Assembly (NCBI GenBank): GCA_047947115.1
Contig: CP170459.1
Span: 3,520,001-3,584,000, forward strand
Reading direction: 5' to 3'
DNA: 64,000 bases
Source of the DNA: Verrucomicrobiota bacterium
Lineage (GTDB): Bacteria > Verrucomicrobiota > Verrucomicrobiia > Limisphaerales > AAA164-E04
In this document: piece after piece, positions 40,901 to 50,942 of the stretch
How the letters are laid out: every line of letters starts with the position of its first letter
Numbering within the stretch: position 1 is the first letter of the stretch
Position numbers and translations under genes: made by a program
Notes under the pieces: model-generated
The model's input: the letters and a program-made list of their open reading frames with translations, nothing else
Databases searched by the model: none
Told to the model about the DNA's origin: nothing

Positions 40901-41053
40901 TTCAAGAGCTTTGGATTGGTCCTGATAGGAGGGATGACTTCCGCCACTTTGTTTACCCTGCTGGCCGTGCCGGTGTTTTACACCTTGATTGAAGATGCGC
41001 GGGATGGATTCAATCATATTGTCGCCAGCGTATTTGCTGCCGGTAAAAAGTGA
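37919..41053 (+). CDS. Second RND permease, probable heteromeric partner
   Basis: GLLVDNSVV, GIVVNNGIV, RFRPVIMT; ATGA overlap with the upstream permease. Confidence 0.93.
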   Translation: MISDTNNMVVKIARFSIRRRITMFVIFLTIIAVGMISANRLPLEMNPRGLEGHYISVNVRWDVGVPPETMDKIGLPLEEELSTVRGLDEMTTHGYKWGSRVEMKFKQGTDMDVAYREVRDRTERARPLFPEGVEEPYIYKHEPGAEPVVSFRISYDPESDYYDLIYKYVITPIQRIMGVADVDFRIYRREIKIEVDKERAEAFGINIQQLGRVLRSDNFTLASGHVIDGGKKYTLKSSSEFKTLDQIRNIPLQPGVFLKDIASIVYEPQEAERLYRYNSQPANGISVKREGEANTVEVSRLVKETVEEIQQNPKLEGFDMSIYENQGEEIMQRLDNLIDNGQVGALLAAMVLFFFLRQFRLTVIIAMAIPLCLLIALAAMHFVGQTLNSMTIMGLVICVGLLVDNSVVMAENIHRHYQEGMSRMEACMRGVSEIGFAITIATLTTLIVFSSTLVVEGEMRFYAKNMTLPVIVSIAASLGTALMFIPLCVYITLPKERHRGTRDKKHLSALLGNVFYRIYHATFDRLNHAYNAALKFFLTRRLDLAVILITLLAATFTVSKSLNFTDKKSEVMRYFRIRVNFPDKYTMDQRLAYFRKVEAIAEEKKEAYGLKSHEVHYGKWYGMFAGFFAPDRVSDLTREEAVFKLFESFPEEPGVSVHYQGKQGGEKGDNRKDNHYIRLVGDDPEQLKQVAESLKPTFEMIPGVVSLMAEDVEENGPSELALLVDRKKASSLGVNPSVLAGTVGAAVRGENLQRFNYKGFQIPMRLLFEEEDRSELADLNNFQIPTEDGRVSTVGAVTRSAFLDNEDDAITRRNKKVTHWFGLKLEPGPNTWKTKGAIELAKQDINLPEGVSFDEDPKTFDDEDRKQGSMMLILSIVFVYMLMAFFFESMLIPLSIILTIPLAAIGAVIALKWSNVFIDQMVYLGAMFLVGIVVNNGIVLVDYANRLRREGFLRSEALLKAARDRFRPVIMTALTTISGMIPLTFGSSVEMGVNFKSFGLVLIGGMTSATLFTLLAVPVFYTLIEDARDGFNHIVASVFAAGKK

Positions 41054-41059
41054 GGTCCA

Positions 41060-44000
41060 TCAAACAGTCAGAGGCAGGCTTCGCGAAGCTTTCCAGTCTT
41101 CAATCAATGCCATGACGGCCGGTATGAAGGTCAGCACCAGCACCGCCGAAACCAGTGTGCCTACCCCCAGGGCAATGGCCATGGGGACCAGAAACAGTGC
41201 TTGGATGCTGGTTTCGAAAATCATCGGTCCCAAGCCCAGGAATGTGGTCAGGGCGGTCAGTAAAATGGGGCGAAAACGTCTCTGTGCCGCCAATACGATG
41301 GCGTCAATGGGGGCGTTGCCCGCTTTCAGGAATTGATCCCGCGTCAGTTCCAGCACAAAAGCCCCGTTCACGACCATCCCGCAAAGTGCGATCATGCCAA
41401 AAACACTGAACACACTGAGATCAAATCCCATCACCACATGCCCCATCACTGCTCCGGCCAGACTCCAGGGAAGCATGAGTAGAACGACCAGGGCCTGCAC
41501 ATAACTTCGGAGCAGGGAAGCCATGATGGCATAAATGGCGAACAGAGAAGCCAGCAAACCCCAGGACAGATTGGTCATGGCCTCTCGTTGTTCCCGCTGT
41601 TCGCCTTCAAAGGAGTAGCGCAGTTGGGGGTACCGTTTGAGAATGCGGGGCAGTTCGGATTTGTCGAACGAACCGAGTACCTTGTTGCCTGTCGTGATGC
41701 CGGGAACGACATTGGCGGTGACATTGATGACCCGGGCTCCATCGACTCGGGTGATGCGCGCCGGAGCATCGGTCAGTTCGATTTTGGCGGCCTGTCTCAG
41801 GGGGATTTCTCCGCCGTTTGGGACTCGTATCAGCAGGTTTTCGAGTCCACTCAACGTTCTGCGTTCGTTCTCGGGGAACTTAACCATGACACGGAGTTCC
41901 TCCCGGTCCATGGGCTGTCTCAATGCCTCCGCGCCATAAAAGGCGTGGCGGATCTGGCGGCCCAGTTCCCGGGCGGTGATCCCAAGACTTCTTCCATCGG
42001 GGGTGATCTCGAAATTAAACTGAGGCATCTCGCGGCCAAAACCTTTTCGGACGTCTTCCACGCCGGGGTATTTCCCGATGGCCGCAGCCACCTCGGTGGC
42101 GGCCTGGCGCAGCACTTCGATTTCAGGATGTGAAATCTGGATGTCAATTTCAGCCGATCCTCCGGGACCGAACAGGTAATCAAAGAACACGGATTCCACG
42201 TCCGGCAGCACGGGGAATTCCTCGCGCCAGAGGCGGGCAAACTCGGCGGAGGTCACCTTACGTTCACTCTGGGAGACAAGTCGTACGGACACCTCCCCGC
42301 CATTCGAACCGCGTTCGGCGACGGAAGTGGTGATGCCGATCAGTATGTTATCCTCGCCCAGCTTGTCTATGGTTCTGCGGGCGGCTTCTTCAATTTGAAA
42401 AGCGACTTGGCGTGTGCGATCGGTGGGCGTGCCTGCTGGCATTTCAATTTCAGCCTGTACAAACGGTGTTTCGATGGAGGGCCGAAACATGAAATCAATG
42501 CGTCCACTGAATGTGTATCCCAACACCCCGAGAAAGGCCGCCACGGCAATGGCGCAGGTGAGCATTCGATGTCTGACGACAGTGTGAATCACCGGGCTGT
42601 ACCACCGATCGATCGCGTTATCAATCCGGATTCGCAATCGTGTTTGCCAGGCATGGAATGATTCATAGAGCGCAAAAACGGGTGTTTGGCTTTGATGGGC
42701 CAGATGTGCCGGCAGGATGAATAGACACTCAAGCAAAGAAACCGTGAACACGGCAATCACCACCGCCGGCAACACGTAGAAAAATTGCCCGGTTTCACCT
42801 GGTACGAATAGAAGGGGGAGAAAGGCGATGATGTTGGTGCTGACGGCAAAGATGACAGGTGTGGCCATGAGTCTGACTCCCTTGACGGCGGCTTCCATTC
42901 GACTCATGCCCAGTGACATGTTATGGAAAATTTCCTCGCCAACCACAACCGCATCATCCACGACAATGCCCAGCGTGACAATGAATCCAAACAGGGAAAT
43001 CATGTTGATGCTTGCATCCATGGCAGGCAGGAGAAAGAGCGATCCTAATACCGAAACCGGGATGCCGACCGCCGTCCAGAACGCGACGCGCAGTTCAAGA
43101 AAAAGACCCAACGCCAGCACAACCAGCATGAGACCGAGGGCTCCGTTGGTCATGAGCATGTTGATCCGCTCTTCGTAATCATCAGAGCGATCAAAGGTGA
43201 CCACGATGCCGACCGATTCCGGAAGGTGCTTTTTCTCTTGTTCAATAAACTTTCGGACGGCTTTGGCGACCGTCAGGGGTGATTGCGATTCCGAACTGTA
43301 GACCGCCAGCCACACGGAAGGGCGTCCGTTGAAATAGGATTCGCGCTCTGACTCCTCAAAGTCGTCCTTGACGATGGCCACATCTTTCAGCCGCACTTTG
43401 GTTCCATCGGCTTTGCTGATGATGGGGATGTTTTCAAATTCTCTGGCAACTTCTTTACGTTCCTTCGTTTTCAGAAGGTAATCTCCGGCCGCGGTTTTGA
43501 TGGAGCCGGCGGGAACATCCAATGCGGCATCATCCACTGCTTCGGCAATGTCATTCAAACGAAGTCCCAGGGACCTTAATTTGGCCTGGGGAACTTCAAT
43601 ATGGACTTCGGGTCGGCGGATGCCTCGCAGTTCGACAAGTGAAATCTCCGGAAGCGACAAAAGCTTTTCTTCCATTTGACGCGCAAAGTCCACCAGTCCT
43701 TTTGCGTCCAGAGCACCATAAATCGACAAATACATCACGCCCCGGCGGCGTCCGTTGTCCAGTGCGATGACCGGTGGTTCAACATCGTCCGGAAACAGAT
43801 TGATGCGTTGCACTGCGGCCGTGATCTCCTGCAACCCGCGGTTGCGATCGGATCCCGGGATCAGTTCCGCAATGATGCGTGCGTTTCCTTCGCTGGCGGT
43901 GGCGGTGATTTTGCGAATAATTTCCATCGTCCGCAGTTCGGACTCGATGGGAAGGATGATGGATTGTTCGACTTCCTCCGGGCTTGCGCCACGGTATTCC

Positions 44001-44188
44001 ATCTGGATTTCGACCGCATCCAGGGTGAAGGTGGGGTAGATTTCCTGCCTAATATTGCGCGCCACCAGCAATCCTGTGCAGATGACTGCTATCATGAGCA
44101 GGTTGGCCGCCACATGATTGCGAGCAAACCAGGCGAGGATGCCGGGGTATCCTGACGATTGACTGGCTGATGGCTGGGCGGCGCTCAT
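41060..44188 (-). CDS. RND permease
   Basis: NHVAANLLM, GASPEEVE, GIVVDDAVVVGE, RRFRPILLT. Confidence 0.93.
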   Translation of the reverse strand: MSAAQPSASQSSGYPGILAWFARNHVAANLLMIAVICTGLLVARNIRQEIYPTFTLDAVEIQMEYRGASPEEVEQSIILPIESELRTMEIIRKITATASEGNARIIAELIPGSDRNRGLQEITAAVQRINLFPDDVEPPVIALDNGRRRGVMYLSIYGALDAKGLVDFARQMEEKLLSLPEISLVELRGIRRPEVHIEVPQAKLRSLGLRLNDIAEAVDDAALDVPAGSIKTAAGDYLLKTKERKEVAREFENIPIISKADGTKVRLKDVAIVKDDFEESERESYFNGRPSVWLAVYSSESQSPLTVAKAVRKFIEQEKKHLPESVGIVVTFDRSDDYEERINMLMTNGALGLMLVVLALGLFLELRVAFWTAVGIPVSVLGSLFLLPAMDASINMISLFGFIVTLGIVVDDAVVVGEEIFHNMSLGMSRMEAAVKGVRLMATPVIFAVSTNIIAFLPLLFVPGETGQFFYVLPAVVIAVFTVSLLECLFILPAHLAHQSQTPVFALYESFHAWQTRLRIRIDNAIDRWYSPVIHTVVRHRMLTCAIAVAAFLGVLGYTFSGRIDFMFRPSIETPFVQAEIEMPAGTPTDRTRQVAFQIEEAARRTIDKLGEDNILIGITTSVAERGSNGGEVSVRLVSQSERKVTSAEFARLWREEFPVLPDVESVFFDYLFGPGGSAEIDIQISHPEIEVLRQAATEVAAAIGKYPGVEDVRKGFGREMPQFNFEITPDGRSLGITARELGRQIRHAFYGAEALRQPMDREELRVMVKFPENERRTLSGLENLLIRVPNGGEIPLRQAAKIELTDAPARITRVDGARVINVTANVVPGITTGNKVLGSFDKSELPRILKRYPQLRYSFEGEQREQREAMTNLSWGLLASLFAIYAIMASLLRSYVQALVVLLMLPWSLAGAVMGHVVMGFDLSVFSVFGMIALCGMVVNGAFVLELTRDQFLKAGNAPIDAIVLAAQRRFRPILLTALTTFLGLGPMIFETSIQALFLVPMAIALGVGTLVSAVLVLTFIPAVMALIEDWKASRSLPLTV

Positions 44189-44194
44189 GATCGC

Positions 44195-45358
44195 TTAATT
44201 CTCTGACTGAGGGTTCAATTCTGTGCCGGGCACAGCGGATTTGAGCGGGCTGGTAATTAATTTGTCTCCCGGTTTCAGGCCGTTGGAAACATAGACCATG
44301 TCATCCATCTGCCAGAACACCTCGACGTCCCGAATCTGCAACTGATCGTTCGTGTCGACAACCCAGAGTTTGTCACCCGATCTGAGTGAAGATTGTTCGA
44401 TGGCCAGGCAATCCTCCAATTCCCCCGCTTCGATATCCACCCGGACATAACTGCCGATGAGCATGGGAATTTGGGTGGGTGATGGAGCATCCATGGCCTC
44501 ATTTTGAAAGGACACGATCAGCCGCGCCATTCGGCCTTCACGTTCCAGGTCTCCACGCAGTCCGATGACCTTGCCGTTTTTGAGGAACTGCTTTTTGCCT
44601 CCCGATTCATGATAAATGCTCGCTCTGGAACCTTCGTTTTCATCCGACGGAAGACGGATATGTTTGATTTGGTCCACGGGGAGTGAAACCTGAATCCAGA
44701 GTTCATCCGCACCGATCAAGATTGCAGCAGAAAATCCAGGGTCGATGCGTTGCCCCATATCCACGTCTTCATCGAGCACGATGGCGTTGAACGGGGCATA
44801 GAGGCTGTGTCGTTTCAGCATCTCCTCCGAGCGTTGCAGGCCGGCCTTGAGTCTTGCCAGTTCAGCATCCTGAAGCAGGGTTTCGGATTCGAGCATGGCC
44901 AGTTCCGTGTCGGGAATCAGGGAATCGTTGGCCAGGCGTTTGGCTTCGGCGAGCTTTCGTTGTGCTTCCTGGAGGTTGACCGTGGCGCGCGCGACGGCGG
45001 ACTTGGATTCCTGCAATGATATATCGGCGAGCGTGGGATCGATGGCAAAGAGTTCTTCGCCCTTGGCAACGCGTCCCCCGGGAGTCAGTTTGGGGTGGTG
45101 GCGGATGACGAGACCGGTGACTTCCGGTTCAATCGTGACCCGCTTGGCCGGCACGATGCTGCCGTAGGCTGAGACAAAGACGGGGTAGCGATCAGGGCGA
45201 ACTTCTCTTACCTTGACTATTTTTGCTACCGGAGTTTCTTCCTCGGTGGTGACTTGCGGACCTGTTTTGAACAGAAAATAGCTCAGGCAAACACCTCCTG
45301 CCAGTATGAGACATGTCAGGAAAACGCTGGACTTGCTTTGTGAGGAGCTTCGGGTCAT
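44195..45358 (-). CDS. RND membrane fusion protein
   Basis: N-terminal TM, GGRVAKGEEL, LYAPFNA, GSYVRV, GLKPGD. Confidence 0.9.
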   Translation of the reverse strand: MTRSSSQSKSSVFLTCLILAGGVCLSYFLFKTGPQVTTEEETPVAKIVKVREVRPDRYPVFVSAYGSIVPAKRVTIEPEVTGLVIRHHPKLTPGGRVAKGEELFAIDPTLADISLQESKSAVARATVNLQEAQRKLAEAKRLANDSLIPDTELAMLESETLLQDAELARLKAGLQRSEEMLKRHSLYAPFNAIVLDEDVDMGQRIDPGFSAAILIGADELWIQVSLPVDQIKHIRLPSDENEGSRASIYHESGGKKQFLKNGKVIGLRGDLEREGRMARLIVSFQNEAMDAPSPTQIPMLIGSYVRVDIEAGELEDCLAIEQSSLRSGDKLWVVDTNDQLQIRDVEVFWQMDDMVYVSNGLKPGDKLITSPLKSAVPGTELNPQSEN

Positions 45359-46887
45359 GGCGCCTTGTTGAATGATTCCGCCAGCGCCACCGCCTTGAGC
45401 ATGGCCTTGGATTTATTGACTGTTTCCTGGTACTCGCTCTCCGGCACGGAGTCACTCACCCAGCCGCCACCCGCCTGCACATAAACTTTTTGGTCTTTGA
45501 TCAGGGCGGTGCGAATGGTGATGCAGCAATCCAGGTTGCCATTGAATGAAAAATACCCAACGCACCCTCCGTAGGGACCGCGGGCGGTTTGTTCCATCTC
45601 GGAGATGATCTGCATGGCGCGGATCTTTGGGGCACCGCTCAATGTGCCGGCAGGGAAAGTGGCACGGATCAGGTCATAGGGTGTTTTGCCTTCCGTTAAA
45701 TGACCTTCAACCTGCGAAACGATGTGCATGACATGGCTGTATCGTTCGATGATCATGAGGTCTTTGACTTCTACGGAACTGAAGTCGCATACCCGGCCAA
45801 TGTCATTACGGGCAAGATCGACCAGCATGACGTGTTCGGCTCGTTCTTTGGGATCGGCCAGCAGGTCCCGTTCGTTTTCGAGATCCTGCTTGCGGTTGGC
45901 TCCTCTTGGGCGGGTACCGGCTATCGGACGAATTTCCACTCGGCGTTCCTCGCAGCGAACATGGATTTCCGGTGAGGCGCCCACCAGGGAGAATCCTTCC
46001 AGTTCGAGCAGGAACATGTAGGGTGACGGGTTGATCGAGCGGGCCGCGCGGTATACATCCAGCGGCGATGCCTGGATCGGTGCGGAGAATCGCTGGGAAC
46101 CGACGACCTGGATGATGTCCCCAGCATTGATGTATTGCTTGGCTTTCTCCACGTTTTGCAGAAAACGATCCTTCTCCATGTTTGATTCAAAGGAAGTCGG
46201 TTCGGGCGCTTTCAGGAAAGCGGCCGGTTCATATTGGCATGGTTGCTCCAGCAGCGAAAGGAGGCGTTCGATTTCCTGACAGGCGTCCTCGTATTCCGAC
46301 AGGGCGTTTTGCGGATGTTTGACGTAGGCGTTGACGATCACTGTGATGGTCTGCGACACCCTATCAAAGACAAGCAACTGATCCGCGATGAGGAAATACA
46401 TCGTGGGAGTGTTGAGTTCGTCCTTGGGAGGGCGGGGGACCACGGGCTCGACATCATGGATGAACTCGTATCCCACAAAACCAACCGCTCCTCCTGAAAA
46501 ACGAACATCGGATTCGTCGGTCTGCACGGGATTGAATTGGGCAAGCGTCTTTTGAACTGCCTCCAAACCGTCTCGAACTTCCCCTTCGCCGGGGGTTGCC
46601 AGGGCTCCGACCACTTTGTAGCTCTGGATGGTTCTGCCGCCTTCCATGACTTCCACCTTGTCCCCTGTTTGACGGATGATGGATCTTGGGTTGCACCCCA
46701 CAAAGGAGTATCGACCGATGTGTTCCCCGCCTTCGACCGATTCGAAAAGGAAGGATTCGCCTTGTCCACGTAGCTTTTGGTAGGCCGATACAGGTGTGTC
46801 GAAATCTGCCAGCACGGTTCGCGTCACCGGGATCAGGTTCCCTTTCCCTGCCAGATCAATAAATGCCTTTGTGTCCGGATAAAACAT
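45355..46887 (-). CDS. trpE: Anthranilate synthase component I
   Basis: FLFES, NPSPYMF, PIAGTR, AEHVMLVDLARND, FPAGTLSGAPK, QAGGG. Confidence 0.92.
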   Translation of the reverse strand: MFYPDTKAFIDLAGKGNLIPVTRTVLADFDTPVSAYQKLRGQGESFLFESVEGGEHIGRYSFVGCNPRSIIRQTGDKVEVMEGGRTIQSYKVVGALATPGEGEVRDGLEAVQKTLAQFNPVQTDESDVRFSGGAVGFVGYEFIHDVEPVVPRPPKDELNTPTMYFLIADQLLVFDRVSQTITVIVNAYVKHPQNALSEYEDACQEIERLLSLLEQPCQYEPAAFLKAPEPTSFESNMEKDRFLQNVEKAKQYINAGDIIQVVGSQRFSAPIQASPLDVYRAARSINPSPYMFLLELEGFSLVGASPEIHVRCEERRVEIRPIAGTRPRGANRKQDLENERDLLADPKERAEHVMLVDLARNDIGRVCDFSSVEVKDLMIIERYSHVMHIVSQVEGHLTEGKTPYDLIRATFPAGTLSGAPKIRAMQIISEMEQTARGPYGGCVGYFSFNGNLDCCITIRTALIKDQKVYVQAGGGWVSDSVPESEYQETVNKSKAMLKAVALAESFNKAP

Positions 46888-47036
46888 TGTTTGCGACAGT
46901 TAATCGACAAATTTGCTCAACATCCAGCAGTAAAATTCGAAAGGTGAGACTTCTTGCTGGACCTTGATACGAGGTTTGAACGCTTGATTCCCTTTTCGCG
47001 TCGTAATCTTGGCAGGGTTTATGTAAAAGGAATAAT

Positions 47037-47927
47037 ATGAGCAAAGCTTCCATAGTCGTTTTATTTGATGAACGATGTGCATTGTACTCCATGCCCGGAC
47101 ACCCCGAACGTCCCTTCCGGGTCACCAGCACGGCGGAACGCTTGAAGAAACAGCAACATCTTGCTTTGGATTGGAGGAAACCAAACGAAGCGACGGTGGA
47201 AGCACTTCAGCGGGCACATGCGAAGGGGCATGTGGAACACGTGCGTGATGCCACTTCCGATTTTGATGGGGATACTCCTTGTTATCCAGATATTTATCAT
47301 CACGCCTTAAGGGCGTCCGGTGCCGCGTTGGATGCCATGAGATTGGCGTTGAAAGGGGAGTCAGCCTTTAGCCTGATGCGTCCGCCGGGGCACCATGCGA
47401 TGCGGGAGAGGGCCATGGGTTTCTGTTACTTCAGTTCGATGGCTGTGGCTACGTTGGAGGCCGCGCAGGTTCATGGGAAGCGAGTGGCGGTGCTGGATTT
47501 TGATGTGCATCATGGCAATGGGACGGAGGATGTTCTGCTTCGCAAGGAGAACGTGATGTTTGCTTCCATACACCAATCACCATGCTATCCGGGTACCGGG
47601 CGGGAGCATCGTCCTCCGAATGTGCGGAATTATCCTGTTCCCCCGGAAACACCTCCGCAACGTTATCGTGAATACATCGAGGCTGCCTTGCGGGACATCC
47701 GGGGTTTTAAACCGGATTTGCTGGGAGTGTCGGCGGGGTTTGATGCATACGTGGGCGACCCCATAGCCCAGGAGCGGCTTGAGATCGAGGATTTTGAGTG
47801 GATCGGCCGAAGGGTTGCCGAGTTGAAGGTGCCCGCCTTTCATTTGCTGGAGGGGGGATACAGTGACCGCTTATCCGAGTTGGTGGAGTCTTATTTGTAT
47901 GGGCTTCATGGCGTATCTGTTGGATAA
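47037..47927 (+). CDS. Histone deacetylase family (Zn-dependent) amidohydrolase
   Basis: HPERP, RPPGHHA, DFDVHHGNGT, SAGFD, LEGGY. Confidence 0.93.
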   Translation: MSKASIVVLFDERCALYSMPGHPERPFRVTSTAERLKKQQHLALDWRKPNEATVEALQRAHAKGHVEHVRDATSDFDGDTPCYPDIYHHALRASGAALDAMRLALKGESAFSLMRPPGHHAMRERAMGFCYFSSMAVATLEAAQVHGKRVAVLDFDVHHGNGTEDVLLRKENVMFASIHQSPCYPGTGREHRPPNVRNYPVPPETPPQRYREYIEAALRDIRGFKPDLLGVSAGFDAYVGDPIAQERLEIEDFEWIGRRVAELKVPAFHLLEGGYSDRLSELVESYLYGLHGVSVG

Positions 47928-48034
47928 ATGTAACAGAGTGGATGCCGTTTTGAACAATAGAAACAGTTACTTTTCCAAGCAAGATAGCCTTGCCAAGACG
48001 GATCGCTTGGTTTCTTCTAGTTACATTATCAGTT

Positions 48035-50917
48035 ATGGATGAGCCAGAATCAACGCCCATGAGTTATGTACAGCGGTTGCTACCTTGTGTTTTGGGAGCG
48101 GTTTCGCTGGTGCTTTTTTTCCTGACGATGAGCCATTCGGCGACCTTTGCCAGTTTGTCGGAAGTTGGAAAAGTGACCGGTTGGGATTGGTCACCCAAGG
48201 TCAACGGGCCCGTCTTCTATCTGCTGACCTTGCCCGTCACCTTTTTGGCCGAAGGCTCCAGAATGTTTGCCATGAACGCTCTGACAGTGGTGCTGGCCGC
48301 GCTCACCTTATTCAATCTGGCCAGGTCGGTTTCCCTGTTGCCGCATGATCGAACCAGAGATCAGCGGATTCGTGAGCAGAGCGATTTTTCACTCTTGAGC
48401 ATTCCTCTGGCCTGGGTGCCCCCGGTGTTCGCCGTTTTGGTTTGTGGTTTGCAACTCAGTTTCTGGGAGCATGCAACTGCGGCAACAGGTCAGATGATTG
48501 ATTTGCTGATGTTTGCCTACTTGATCCGATGTTTGTTGGAATATCGTATTGGCGAAGAAGAGAAATGGATGACCCGTTTTGCCCTTGTTTATGGGATTTC
48601 CATCACCAACAACTGGGCAATGATCGGCTATTTTCCCCTGTTTTTGGGGGCGCTTATCTGGATCAAGGGATTAAGCTTTTTCAACGGACGATTTCTGTTG
48701 AAGTCTGCCGGTTTGGTATTGCTTGGATTGTTGCTTTATTTTCTCCTTCCTTTGGTGGTCTCTTCGCAGCATCCGGAATCCGCCGGTATGATGGATTTTT
48801 TGAAACTCCAACTCGGAAATCAGAAGGCCATCATCGTCGGGTTCAGGAAGAATGTCGTGATGGTGCTTGCATTGACCTCGATCATTCCGGTCATGGCTAT
48901 TGGAGTCAGGTGGCCTTCTTCCTTCGGGGACACGAGTGCCGCCGGAGCCATGCTGACCAATTTCATGTTCCGACTCATTCACTTGGTTTTTCTGGCCGCC
49001 TGCCTATGGGTGGCTTTTGATCCTCCTTTCAGTCCGCGAGTTCGAGGCTTTGGGGTGCCTTTCCTGTCCTTCTATTATCTGGGAGCTCTTGCTGTGGGAT
49101 ATTACAGTGGATATGCACTGCTGGTGTTCAATGATGCCGCATTGCGCAGTCGGTCGCGCCGAAACCATTCAAAGGGCGGCGGGAAACTTGCTGGAATGCT
49201 TGGCCAGGGTCTCGTTTTGTTGACGGCTGTCGGCGTTCCTGCTGGTTTGGTTTTCAAGAATTATCCATCCATCCGTCTGACGAACAGCGACCTGCTGCCT
49301 CGATTCGCCAACGCAATGCTGAGTGGGATTCCCAAGGAAAAATCTTTTCTCATCACCGATACCGGCATGAGAGCGCTTCTGGTTAAAATGGGGCTTTCAT
49401 TGGACGCGGAGCGTAACGCCGGCAATTATACCGTGGTGGACACTTCGGTGCTGTCCAATGGGTTTTATCGAAACCACATTCGCAAGACCATTCTTAGAGA
49501 TTGGGGACAGGTCGTGGCTGCCGATAAAATTCCTGAGCAAATCAATATCGGATCTGTGATGAATGTAGTGGCTCTGATCTACCGTGATTATCCAATCTAC
49601 TATCTGCAAACCAGTTTTGGTGCATACTTCGAATACGTTTACCCGGAAAGCAAGGGTCTTGTCATGCAGTTGAATGCCTATGAAAGTGACAGTCCCAGTC
49701 CTTTCCCTCCAGCCATGACCGCTGGCAAACTGGATGCCACCGAGGCCTTCTGGAGCGGGTTGGATCAAGCGTTTGCCGATCTGATAGATGGTGTGCGCAT
49801 GGAGGTGCCTGATTGCAAGGCTTTGGGCCAGATGATAGGGCGGGAACGGAATAATTGGGGGATCACCTTGCAGCAGCACGGACGGCTTGAGGAAGCCAAA
49901 GCCAGCTTTGAAAAAGCGGCGGTTTACGCTCCGGACATTATGACACCCGAACTGAATTTGATGTCCAATGCCAAGCTGCAGGCTGGTGACAAAGTTGTCG
50001 GTCTGGTGTCGGATCAGCAATGGGAGGATTGGATCAACAAATTCAGATCCATCGATGGTCTTGTCAGCGTCAACGGAGAACTTGATGAACCTCGTTATCA
50101 GTATGATTTGGGCGCTCAGTTTTTTACGGGAGGTAATTACCGGCAAGCTGCGTTGCGATTCAAACGTTCGGTTGAGCTGGATCCGGACAACCTGACTTAT
50201 CGGTTTGCCGAGGCCAATGCCCTCCTGAATCTGGCTTACCCGGACATCCTGTTGCAGGTGCTGGATGCATTGGAAGAAACGTCCCTGCCTTTGGACGAAT
50301 CACAGGAGGCCGAGGTCACACGCCTGACCGCATTGGCTCACTACGGAAAGGGAAATCGATACTTCACCATCAAAAATGATGAAGAGGGGAAAAAGGAGTT
50401 CGAACTTGCAGAGGGATTATTGAAAAAAGCGATGGTAAACTTTCCCCGGTCTGAGGCCATTGTCGAGACCTTGGCTCAGGTCTATTTCTTTACCGAACGC
50501 TACGACGAGGCTGTTGCCATGTGTGACAAACATCTGAAACTGAATAACCATTCAGTCAGTGCGCGCCAGACCAAGTCCGTTTCTCTTATGCGATCGGGCA
50601 ATTTTGCGGACGCTGTCACCACCTTGAACGAAGCTTTGGAAAAAAATCCTTCCAATTTCATCGCCTTGCAGAACAGGGCAATCTGTTATCTCCAGCTGAA
50701 ACAACTGGAGGAATCACTGGCGGATTATCAAGCACTGGATGCTGCATATCCTGATGAGCACCCTGCCATTCACTACGGTCTGGCCGAGATCGCCCGCCAG
50801 CAGGGAAGGAAGAATGAGGCTATCGCCCGCTTTGAGGCTTATTTGAAACTGGCACCCGCCGGTACTGCAGAATACGAAAAAGTCACCCAACTGTTGTCGG
50901 AATTGAAATCCCAGTAG
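48035..50917 (+). CDS. Polytopic membrane protein, DUF2723/TMEM260-like GT-C fold, with C-terminal TPR array
   Basis: About 11 TM helices in the first ~430 aa (including SFWEHAT, GISITNNW), then multiple TPR-like repeats; start 48035 or 48059. Confidence 0.7.
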   Translation: MDEPESTPMSYVQRLLPCVLGAVSLVLFFLTMSHSATFASLSEVGKVTGWDWSPKVNGPVFYLLTLPVTFLAEGSRMFAMNALTVVLAALTLFNLARSVSLLPHDRTRDQRIREQSDFSLLSIPLAWVPPVFAVLVCGLQLSFWEHATAATGQMIDLLMFAYLIRCLLEYRIGEEEKWMTRFALVYGISITNNWAMIGYFPLFLGALIWIKGLSFFNGRFLLKSAGLVLLGLLLYFLLPLVVSSQHPESAGMMDFLKLQLGNQKAIIVGFRKNVVMVLALTSIIPVMAIGVRWPSSFGDTSAAGAMLTNFMFRLIHLVFLAACLWVAFDPPFSPRVRGFGVPFLSFYYLGALAVGYYSGYALLVFNDAALRSRSRRNHSKGGGKLAGMLGQGLVLLTAVGVPAGLVFKNYPSIRLTNSDLLPRFANAMLSGIPKEKSFLITDTGMRALLVKMGLSLDAERNAGNYTVVDTSVLSNGFYRNHIRKTILRDWGQVVAADKIPEQINIGSVMNVVALIYRDYPIYYLQTSFGAYFEYVYPESKGLVMQLNAYESDSPSPFPPAMTAGKLDATEAFWSGLDQAFADLIDGVRMEVPDCKALGQMIGRERNNWGITLQQHGRLEEAKASFEKAAVYAPDIMTPELNLMSNAKLQAGDKVVGLVSDQQWEDWINKFRSIDGLVSVNGELDEPRYQYDLGAQFFTGGNYRQAALRFKRSVELDPDNLTYRFAEANALLNLAYPDILLQVLDALEETSLPLDESQEAEVTRLTALAHYGKGNRYFTIKNDEEGKKEFELAEGLLKKAMVNFPRSEAIVETLAQVYFFTERYDEAVAMCDKHLKLNNHSVSARQTKSVSLMRSGNFADAVTTLNEALEKNPSNFIALQNRAICYLQLKQLEESLADYQALDAAYPDEHPAIHYGLAEIARQQGRKNEAIARFEAYLKLAPAGTAEYEKVTQLLSELKSQ

Positions 50918-50942
50918 TTCAAGTGATCGATTTGTTGTTCGA

